Of a DNA stretch of 64,000 bases, positions 56,860 to 64,000 are shown one piece after another (the stretch's first letter is position 1; each line of letters starts with the position of its first letter). Source of the DNA: Deltaproteobacteria bacterium (GTDB lineage: Bacteria > Desulfobacterota > GWC2-55-46); assembly GCA_016177845.1 (NCBI GenBank), contig JACOUO010000014.1:187005-251004 (forward strand), given 5' to 3'. Below the pieces are notes generated by a model. The model had not been told where the DNA came from, ran no database searches, and saw only the letters and a program-made list of their open reading frames with translations. A program made the translations under genes and the position numbers.

Positions 56860-58286
56860 AAAAAGTGGTAATAATAGGGGGCGGCATAGCAGGACTTGCC
56901 GCCGCTTACAGCTTAAGAGAACACCAGACCCCAGACACGCCTGATTTCGAGATTATCCTTCTTGAAAAGAATAACAGGCTTGGCGGGAACATCCGCACGG
57001 AAAAGACAGACGGCTTCCTTATAGAAGGCGGGCCGGACTGCTTCATTTCAGAAAAACCCTGGGCAATGGAGCTGTGCAAGAGGATCGGCCTCGGGGATAA
57101 GATACTCCCTACAAATGAGGGCGGAAAGACCTATGTGCTTTCAGGCGGAAAGCTGCACATCCTTCCTGACGGCGTTATTTTGATGGTACCAACCAAGATG
57201 CTCCCGCTTGCCACAAGCACCCTTATCTCATGGGCCGGCAAGATAAGAATGGCCTCCGAGATATTCGTGCCAAAGAAAAAAGGCAGGGAAGATGAGACCC
57301 TTGGCCAGTTCGTAAGGAGAAGGCTTGGGCAGGAAGCCCTTGATAAGATAGCCGAGCCGCTTGTGGCCGGAGTCCATGCCGGAGACCCTGAGACCATGTC
57401 TGTCAGGGCGAGCTTCCCTAAGTTCGTCCAGCTTGAGGAGGAGTACGGAAGCCTCATCAAAGGCATGATAAAGAGGATGGAACTCCTTAAAAAGACACAT
57501 AAGCCTCAAGCCTCAGCAGGGCCTAAGAAAAAGGTCACGATGTTCATGACCCTCAAAGACGGCCTCTCTGAAATGATAGATACGCTGACAACCATTCTCT
57601 TAAAAACAAATACCCGCATTGAAAAGGGTGTGGCAGTTACAGGCGTCACAAAAAAGAACAACGGTTATGAAGTCGCTCTCGATGGGGGCAAGTCAATTGA
57701 GGCTGACGCTGTAGTTATTGCCGCGCCTGCTTATGCCGCGGCAAATGTGCTCAGCAGGTTTGACGCTGACCTGTCACAGAAGCTCCTTACAATCCCGTAT
57801 GTCTCAACGGCTACCGTTTCGATTGCCTTTAAAAAGAGCGATGTGAAACATCCGTTGAACGGCTTTGGTTTTGTTGTGCCGAAGATAGAAAAAAGAAGGA
57901 TAATGGCTGCCACATGGACTTCGCGCAAGTTCAGCTTCCGCGCCCCTGATGATACTGTTTTAATCAGGTGCTTTGTTGGCGGCTCAAAGAATATGGAGCT
58001 TGTGAACCTGAGTGACCCTGAAATGATAAAGATGGTCAAGGAAGAACTCAGGGATACGATGGGCATAACCGCCGAGCCTGTCCTTGTCAAGGTCTTCAGG
58101 TGGATAAACTCCATGCCGCAATACACTGTTGGCCATGAGGACAGGATTAAATGGATTGAGGAGAGGCTCGCAAATCATCCGGGGCTTTACCTTACAGGCA
58201 GCGCTTACCACGGCATCGGCATCAGCGACAGCATCCGCATAGGCGAGGTAGTCGCAAAGAAGATTCTCCATCAGTTAAAAAATTAA
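56856..58286 (+). CDS. hemY: protoporphyrinogen/coproporphyrinogen III oxidase (HemY/CgoX family)
   Basis: FAD dinucleotide-binding motif VVIIGGGIAGLAAAY, a 476-aa length, and the HemY-family C-terminal region. Confidence 0.85.
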   Translation: MKKVVIIGGGIAGLAAAYSLREHQTPDTPDFEIILLEKNNRLGGNIRTEKTDGFLIEGGPDCFISEKPWAMELCKRIGLGDKILPTNEGGKTYVLSGGKLHILPDGVILMVPTKMLPLATSTLISWAGKIRMASEIFVPKKKGREDETLGQFVRRRLGQEALDKIAEPLVAGVHAGDPETMSVRASFPKFVQLEEEYGSLIKGMIKRMELLKKTHKPQASAGPKKKVTMFMTLKDGLSEMIDTLTTILLKTNTRIEKGVAVTGVTKKNNGYEVALDGGKSIEADAVVIAAPAYAAANVLSRFDADLSQKLLTIPYVSTATVSIAFKKSDVKHPLNGFGFVVPKIEKRRIMAATWTSRKFSFRAPDDTVLIRCFVGGSKNMELVNLSDPEMIKMVKEELRDTMGITAEPVLVKVFRWINSMPQYTVGHEDRIKWIEERLANHPGLYLTGSAYHGIGISDSIRIGEVVAKKILHQLKN

Positions 58287-58501
58287 TATCCATCCAGACT
58301 CGATTTCATTTTTCTCCTCTGAAGCTATTTCTCTGATTACAAACCCTTCGCCTGTATTTAAATGCAAAACATTTGATTTATTCTTTTTATTCAGGGTTAA
58401 TTTAACCCCGAATAGTTGCGTGTTCTTGAAATTATTCAATTAATTCAAGAGCTTTCTTTTGCAGCCGATATATTAAACAGACGATTAGCTTAAGGGAGAG
58501 T

Positions 58502-60634
58502 ATGGGCGAAAAAATATTCAGGGTTATTTGGGGTGACTGGCGGTTCAGATTGTCAATAGGGACGAAAAGCCTCTTGGCTTTCCTGCTTATAATCAGCGTG
58601 CTTGCCGGTGGGTTTTATTATTTCACGAGCAATACGCTGGCCGACAGGATTGAGAAAGACGCCCTTGGTGAAATTGACCTGAAACTTAAAGGAGCCTGGA
58701 GGCTCTATTATACAAGAACCGAGCAGATGAAGCTCGGCATGCTTCAGGCAGGCAGTGAAGATGCCGTTAAAACGGCATTCGAGAGAGCAGATTCCATATT
58801 CCTGAGAAAACTTCTGAATGATTACACTATCCCGAGGCCTTATGTAAGCCTGTGGCTTGCGGTTGACGGCAACCAGAGGATAATCGGCAGAAGAAATGGC
58901 AATACAGGTGATTTTGTTGAGATAAACGGCCTTATAGCCAAGGCCTTGAGCACAGGCCAGTCCATCATATCGACAGAGTCGGTAACAAGGGAGTTCCTTA
59001 CAAAGGAAGATACCGTACTTGCTTCAAGAGTCGATACGGCAGGGCTCATGCAGGTAGTCGTGACCCCTGTTGAATCCAGGGGCAGGATTGTCGGCGCGTT
59101 CGTATCAGGCATACTCCTTAACAGGTATGACTGGCTGCCTAATTCCATTTTCGAAAGTTTCCATATTAATTCTGCCTTATTTACCGCGACAAACCAGGAA
59201 TCGAGGGTAATAGCATCTACCCTGCGTCCAAAAAGTATTTTCAATCCACTTGATGTCCTTCCCGAACAGGTCACCAAATCCATGGCTTCCAACAGGAAGT
59301 TTGTCGGCAGTTCCACCCTTGATAACACTGATGTGTATATCGGCGCTGAGCCCATCCTCAATTATGAAGGCGATGTGATAGGCGGGCTTGCCGTTGGTAT
59401 CTACAACTCAGAGGTAAAGCGATATGTGGACTCAACCGAGAAGAGCATTGTGATGTTCGCAGGCATAGGAGTGCTCTTCAGCATTCTTCTGGCATTCTTC
59501 GTTTACAGGGATACAGCAAAGCCCATAGCCGCCATCACAGGCGCGATGGATGAGATATCAAAGGGAAACCTTGAGGTAAGGGTCGAGATAAAGACAAAGG
59601 ATGAGTTTGAGAATATAGGCGAGGGGCTTAATCAGATGGTCAACTCCATCCGCATAAGGGAGGAGAGGCTTGACCGCTTTAACGAGCTTTCCAAGATACT
59701 TTTGGAGTATAACGACCCCGAGGAGCTTCTTGATAAGGCCCTTACAAGGATGATAGAGCTTACTGATTCCAACATGGGTGTCGTATATATTCATGATGAT
59801 AAGAATGAATCACTGAAGCCGCTTGCCTCATACGGCGTGGGCGAAGAGGAGCTTAAGAAGCTTAAAGTAGGCGAGGGGCTTGCAGGCAAATGCGCTTCAG
59901 AAAGAAAGACCATAATCCTTCAGGACATAACAGACGCGAACCTTTCCCTTGAGACAGGCTTTTCAAAGTTCAGGCCCTCAGGCCTTGTTTACTTCCCGAT
60001 GAATTACAAGGAGCATCTCAACGGCGTTTTTGTGATAGGCAGTCTTTCTCCGTATATTGAGGATGAGATAAAGCATCTTGAGCATCTTGTGACCCAGATA
60101 GCCATAGCGCTTGATAACGCGCTTACGCATCAGGAGATTGAAAAGCTCTCCGTCTCAGACCCGCTTACCGGCATCTACAACAGGAGGCATTTCATAGAGC
60201 TTCTTGAGAATGAGTTCACGGCAGCCAAGAGATACAAGTACATACTTGGCATCATGATGATAGATATAGATGATTTCAAGTTTATCAATGATAACTTCGG
60301 GCACCAGCAAGGGGACAGGGTTATAGTTGAGGTCAGCAGGATAATGCGCGATAAGACGCGCTCAACGGATACCTGGGGCAGGTACGGAGGAGAAGAGTTC
60401 ATAGGGTTTGCCTCTCACTGCGGGATGGAGGGTATGACCATCCTTGCAGAGAAGATAAGGAAGGGCATTGAGGATTTTGACTTCCCGAGCATGAATGGCA
60501 GAAGGGTAACGGTCAGTATCGGCGTAGCCTTCTTCCCGAGCGAAGGAGTAAAAGATCTTGAGGACCTTATCAAGTCGGCGGATGAGAACCTTTATAAGGC
60601 AAAAAGGAGCGGCAAGAACAGGGTAGTGGTGTGA
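58502..60634 (+). CDS. diguanylate cyclase: periplasmic sensor domain, TM, HAMP, GAF and GGDEF
   Basis: Two TM segments flank a ~270-aa periplasmic region. HAMP (AITGAMDEISKGNLEVRV), then a GAF-like domain, then a GGDEF domain with the RYGGEEF active site. Confidence 0.85.
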   Translation: MGEKIFRVIWGDWRFRLSIGTKSLLAFLLIISVLAGGFYYFTSNTLADRIEKDALGEIDLKLKGAWRLYYTRTEQMKLGMLQAGSEDAVKTAFERADSIFLRKLLNDYTIPRPYVSLWLAVDGNQRIIGRRNGNTGDFVEINGLIAKALSTGQSIISTESVTREFLTKEDTVLASRVDTAGLMQVVVTPVESRGRIVGAFVSGILLNRYDWLPNSIFESFHINSALFTATNQESRVIASTLRPKSIFNPLDVLPEQVTKSMASNRKFVGSSTLDNTDVYIGAEPILNYEGDVIGGLAVGIYNSEVKRYVDSTEKSIVMFAGIGVLFSILLAFFVYRDTAKPIAAITGAMDEISKGNLEVRVEIKTKDEFENIGEGLNQMVNSIRIREERLDRFNELSKILLEYNDPEELLDKALTRMIELTDSNMGVVYIHDDKNESLKPLASYGVGEEELKKLKVGEGLAGKCASERKTIILQDITDANLSLETGFSKFRPSGLVYFPMNYKEHLNGVFVIGSLSPYIEDEIKHLEHLVTQIAIALDNALTHQEIEKLSVSDPLTGIYNRRHFIELLENEFTAAKRYKYILGIMMIDIDDFKFINDNFGHQQGDRVIVEVSRIMRDKTRSTDTWGRYGGEEFIGFASHCGMEGMTILAEKIRKGIEDFDFPSMNGRRVTVSIGVAFFPSEGVKDLEDLIKSADENLYKAKRSGKNRVVV

Positions 60635-60662
60635 TTGAAGATAAAATTTAGAGAAATGAAAA

Positions 60663-60702
60663 CCGGGGCTGATTTTTTAAAATCAGCCCCGGTTCGGTTT
60701 TT
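60663..60702 (+). terminator. rho-independent terminator
   Basis: CCGGGGCTGAttttttaaaaTCAGCCCCGG followed by ttcggttttt. Confidence 0.75.
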
Positions 60703-61177
60703 AAGTATGGCGCAAAGGAGAGGCCTGGTGGTCTTTGTGTAACTTTCGGTCCCTTCGTTCCTAAAATAAAAAAGGCCAGCTTGATAGGATTCAACTGTTT
60801 CATTCTAGGGGGAGAAGTCCATACCTGTCAATTTCTCCTCGCTCTCAACGAATTTTGTCAATGAAAGTTTCAACGTACTGACCGTACCTCTAAAGTGATG
60901 AAAGAAGTTCAGGGGCGTTGTACGTCCAACGCGCCCCTTCGAAGTCCACGAGCCGTGATTTTGTGATATAATTCGAGCAAGTTTGAGCCTCGACAGCTTG
61001 CCATCCAACAAGACTGATTTACTCACCGCGCTTTCTTTCATCCCGAAAGACAAGCATCTTCTCCGAAAAAAGCAAGGCCTTCAAGTAAATATTTTAAACG
61101 TCTAAACTGGTCGAAAAAATGCCATTTCTTAATGGTTGTTTTTCGATTGTCAGACAGTCTATGATGGAGGTGCGCAT

Positions 61178-62434
61178 ATGGGTGCGTCGGATTTGGTGGA
61201 TAGGTTTTTCGGCTCTAATGGCTTTCTGCCTCACGGACATTGTTACTTGTGGCAGCCTGATCTGCTCTGGCTGAGCGTAATTTCGGATTCACTGATTACT
61301 CTGTCGTATTACTCCATTCCAGTTGCGCTGGTCTATTTCGTGTACACCCGCAAGGATCTGGCTTTCCGCTGGATGTTCGTCATGTTCGGTTTTTTCATCC
61401 TGGCGTGCGGCACGACCCATCTTATGAATGTATGGACGGTATGGGCGCCGTTGTATTGGCTCGATGCTTCCATAAAGGCCGTAACCGCCGTGGCCTCTGT
61501 CATTACTGCCGTGCTGTTGTGGCCACTCATCCCCAGGGCGCTGGAGCTGCCCAGCCCAGGGCAGCTCCAGCAGGTTAACGAGCAGCTTGAGGCGCAGTCG
61601 TACAAACTGATGCAGTCCAATGAGGCGCTGCGAGCCGAAATAGCCGAACGCGAACAGGCGGAGGCTGAGATACGTAGGTTGAACGAAGAACTTGAGCTAA
61701 AGGTCTCAGAGAGGACCAGGGAGCTGCTTGAAGCCCAGGAGGAACTGATCCGGAAGGAAAAGCTGTCCGTGCTTGGACAGATCGCAGGCAGCGTGGGGCA
61801 CGAGATAAGGAACCCGTTAGGGGTCATAAAAAACGCAATCTTCTATCTAAAGATGGTCCTGTCCGCTGCTGACAATAACACTAAAGAGTACCTTGACATC
61901 ATCAGGGAGGAGGTTGACATCTCCGAGCAAATCGTTGCCGATCTTCTCGATTTTGCCCGCACCAAGACGCCGCAAAAAAGGCCAGTGAACTTGAAAGCGC
62001 TTTTGACAAAGTGCCTCGAAAAAAACAAGATACCCGGAGCCGTTACCGTGCTGGATGAGATCCAGGAAAGCCTCCCTGCGGTATATGCCGACCCTGTGCA
62101 GTTAGGTCAAGTGTTTATGAACCTACTCAAAAACGCGGTTGAGGCGATGCCTTCCGGCGGATTCCTTTCGCTTAAGGCCGAAGAAATTCATCAATCCCAA
62201 GAGTTGAGGGTAGTAATTGCCGATACCGGTCAGGGGATATCCTCTGAGGGCATGTCAAGGCTTTTCCATCCGCTCTATACGACCAAGGCAAAGGGGCTGG
62301 GTCTCGGATTGACGATCGTGAAGAACCTTACAGAGGCGAACGGCGGAAGCATCAAGGTGGAGAGCGAGCCCGGGAAAGGTACAGTCGTTACAGTGAAATT
62401 GCCTGTGGTCAAGGAGGGACATGGTGAACAGTAA
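61178..62434 (+). CDS. sensor histidine kinase with an ethylene-receptor-like (ethylene-binding-domain, Cu-site) N-terminal transmembrane domain
   Basis: GGAGGT RBS 6 nt before the ATG at 61178. The N-terminal three-TM region aligns by eye with plant ETR1 residues ~25-125 (SYYSIPVALVYFVYTRKDLAFRWMFVMFGFFILACGTTHLMNVWT vs [45 protein letters not shown]), including the Cu-ligand Cys and His. A coiled coil follows, then HisKA (GSVGHEIRNPLG) and HATPase (GLGLGL) domains. Confidence 0.75.
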   Translation: MGASDLVDRFFGSNGFLPHGHCYLWQPDLLWLSVISDSLITLSYYSIPVALVYFVYTRKDLAFRWMFVMFGFFILACGTTHLMNVWTVWAPLYWLDASIKAVTAVASVITAVLLWPLIPRALELPSPGQLQQVNEQLEAQSYKLMQSNEALRAEIAEREQAEAEIRRLNEELELKVSERTRELLEAQEELIRKEKLSVLGQIAGSVGHEIRNPLGVIKNAIFYLKMVLSAADNNTKEYLDIIREEVDISEQIVADLLDFARTKTPQKRPVNLKALLTKCLEKNKIPGAVTVLDEIQESLPAVYADPVQLGQVFMNLLKNAVEAMPSGGFLSLKAEEIHQSQELRVVIADTGQGISSEGMSRLFHPLYTTKAKGLGLGLTIVKNLTEANGGSIKVESEPGKGTVVTVKLPVVKEGHGEQ

Positions 62435-63194
62435 GAAACTAAGGGTTCTTGTCGTGGATGACGACCGGAGAATGGTCAGGACGATCTTCGATATCCTTAT
62501 GAACAAAGGATACGAGGCGGTGTCCGTCCATACCGGCGAGGACGCGGTGGAAAAGGTCAGAAAGGAAAAATTTGATTGTGTCCTAATGGACATCAGGATG
62601 CCGGGCATAAGCGGCATTGAGGCATGCGGAAGGATTCATGAATTGTCGCCGAACCTTCCGGTGATCCTGGCAAGCGCCTACGCTACGGAAGAGATGGAGG
62701 CTGAAGCAAGAAAATACGGTGCATATGCTGTAATGATCAAGCCGCTCGACCTTCAGAGAGTTCTTTCATTTCTTTCATTGCTCATGAATGAGGAGAGCAT
62801 ACTCATTGTGGACGACGACACCAGGTTTTCCATGACGCTAAAAGATATCCTCAAAGCGAGGGGATACAGAGTGCAAACCGAAAGCAACCCGGAAAAGGTA
62901 CTCGGCCATATGGAGCAAAATTACAAATTGGTGGTGCTTCTTGACTTGAAGCTCGGAGACGCCGACGGGCTCGACGTCCTGAAGGAACTGCGGGCTAAAT
63001 ATCCTTCAAAGCCGGTGGTGCTGGTGACAGGCTATAGGGAAGAGATGGCTGGTTCGATCCAAAAGGGGCTTCAGATAGGCGCCTACACCTGTTTGTATAA
63101 GCCTCTTGAGATCGAGAAGCTTTTGGAATTGATCAGGGACGTCAGCAGAAGGAAAGTAGCGGAGATCCTTGGCGAGGAGTTTGAAAAGCTGTGA
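62421..63194 (+). CDS. response regulator with two tandem receiver domains
   Basis: AAGGAGGG RBS. REC1 (LRVLVVDDD...DCVLMDIRMPG) and REC2 (ILIVDDDTRF...LVVLLDLKLGD). No output domain. Confidence 0.8.
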   Translation: MVNSKKLRVLVVDDDRRMVRTIFDILMNKGYEAVSVHTGEDAVEKVRKEKFDCVLMDIRMPGISGIEACGRIHELSPNLPVILASAYATEEMEAEARKYGAYAVMIKPLDLQRVLSFLSLLMNEESILIVDDDTRFSMTLKDILKARGYRVQTESNPEKVLGHMEQNYKLVVLLDLKLGDADGLDVLKELRAKYPSKPVVLVTGYREEMAGSIQKGLQIGAYTCLYKPLEIEKLLELIRDVSRRKVAEILGEEFEKL

Positions 63195-64000
63195 AAGGCA
63201 AACTCAGGATACTGATTATAGACGACGACCCGATGGCCCGCAGAACACTGTCCGATATCCTGCATGTTTACGGGTATGAGGCTCTTGCCGCGAAGGACGG
63301 GGCCGAAGCGTTTGCCGAGTTGCAGAGGGGGCCGGTAAACCTTGCGCTTATAGACCTCCAGCTTCCAGACATTCCTGGAACCGATGTCATGGCAGGTATC
63401 AAAGATAGATCGCCTTCGACAGAGGTTATAATCATGACAGGCCATGCAACGCTGGAATCGGCAATAGAGGCGACAAACCGCGGGGCTTTTTCTTACCTCA
63501 TTAAGCCATATGATGTCCAGCAGTTGTTGCTGCACATCCAGCACGCGCTGGAAAAACAGCGGGTAGCGGAAGAATTGAGAAAGAGCGAGGAAAGGCTCGA
63601 CGAAGCGCAGAAGGTCGCGCATCTGGGAAATTGGGAATGGGATATTTCCGACAACGAGTTCTGGTGGTCCGATGAAATGTACAGGATCCTTGGACTGGCT
63701 CCGCAAGAGAAAGCCCTGACTTTCGAGGTTATTTTTTCCATCACCCATCATGACGACCGTGAGATATTTAGAGACGCAGTAAACGGATTGTTTTCCGAAC
63801 ACACTCCCTACAATATGAATTTCCGGGTCACTCATCCGGCTGTGGGAAAGCGAATCTTCCACGCCGAGGGAAAAACCAAGACAGGCTGGGACGGGAAGCC
63901 TCTCAGCCTGATTGGTGTCATACAGGATATAACCGAGAACATGCTGGCAGAGGATGCGCTGCGGGAAAGCAACGAGAGATTTCGTATCGCGTTCGAAAAC
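63191..64000 (+). CDS. response regulator receiver + PAS domain protein (3' end truncated by the window edge)
   Basis: GTG start overlapping the upstream stop (GTGA). REC domain (LRILIIDDDPMARR...LALIDLQLPD) followed by a PAS domain (LGNWEWDISDNEFWWSDEMYRILG). The ORF runs to the window end. The antisense ORF 63083..63862 is rejected. Confidence 0.7.
   Translation, partial: MKGKLRILIIDDDPMARRTLSDILHVYGYEALAAKDGAEAFAELQRGPVNLALIDLQLPDIPGTDVMAGIKDRSPSTEVIIMTGHATLESAIEATNRGAFSYLIKPYDVQQLLLHIQHALEKQRVAEELRKSEERLDEAQKVAHLGNWEWDISDNEFWWSDEMYRILGLAPQEKALTFEVIFSITHHDDREIFRDAVNGLFSEHTPYNMNFRVTHPAVGKRIFHAEGKTKTGWDGKPLSLIGVIQDITENMLAEDALRESNERFRIAFEN

Noticed and set aside
60805-61053. 82-aa minus-strand ORF in the long intergenic gap
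   Set aside because: No RBS and no recognisable motifs. It is retained only as part of the non-coding gap finding.
63083-63862. 259-aa minus-strand ORF at the window end
   Set aside because: It is antisense to the REC-PAS gene, which has clear receiver and PAS motifs. There is no RBS and no recognisable domain.

Overview
This is a 64-kb chromosomal window at roughly 48% GC. Its gene content (a cd1 nitrite reductase, Tat signal peptides, an isc operon, and 32 c-type heme motifs in one locus) points to an anaerobic or denitrifying, respiration-versatile Gram-negative bacterium; no finer taxonomic assignment is attempted. About 59 protein-coding genes are supported, and no rRNA, tRNA, CRISPR array, transposase or integrase was recognised. 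Housekeeping blocks comprise a convergent tRNA-modification and RNA-processing group (mnmA, mtaB, rnc, a TIGR01212-type radical SAM gene), iscR-nifS-nifU, miaA, mutL, scpA-scpB-rluB, trpS, and a hemE-hemH-hemY operon. Accessory content comprises: (i) a 9-kb single-strand locus (44.7-53.5 kb) encoding five multiheme c-type cytochromes (6, 4, 11, 4 and 7 CxxCH motifs), an NHL beta-propeller lipoprotein, a PQQ/BamB-like beta-propeller and two paralogous HAMP-only membrane proteins; (ii) a single-gene AT-rich island carrying an FRG-domain protein; (iii) signalling genes, including a histidine kinase with a periplasmic CxxCH heme motif, a histidine kinase with an ethylene-receptor-like Cu-binding transmembrane domain, HD-GYP and GGDEF proteins; (iv) nirS-adjacent small metal-binding proteins; and (v) a GA-rich tandem-repeat zone in which the scpB and rluB reading frames overlap for hundreds of bases. 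At least nine intergenic regions are filled with a mosaic family of short, hairpin-forming repeat modules (MITE-like or structured-RNA-like), including a 3.3-copy tandem array of a ~190-bp unit. All calls rest on reading the sequence and recalling family signatures; no database search was run.
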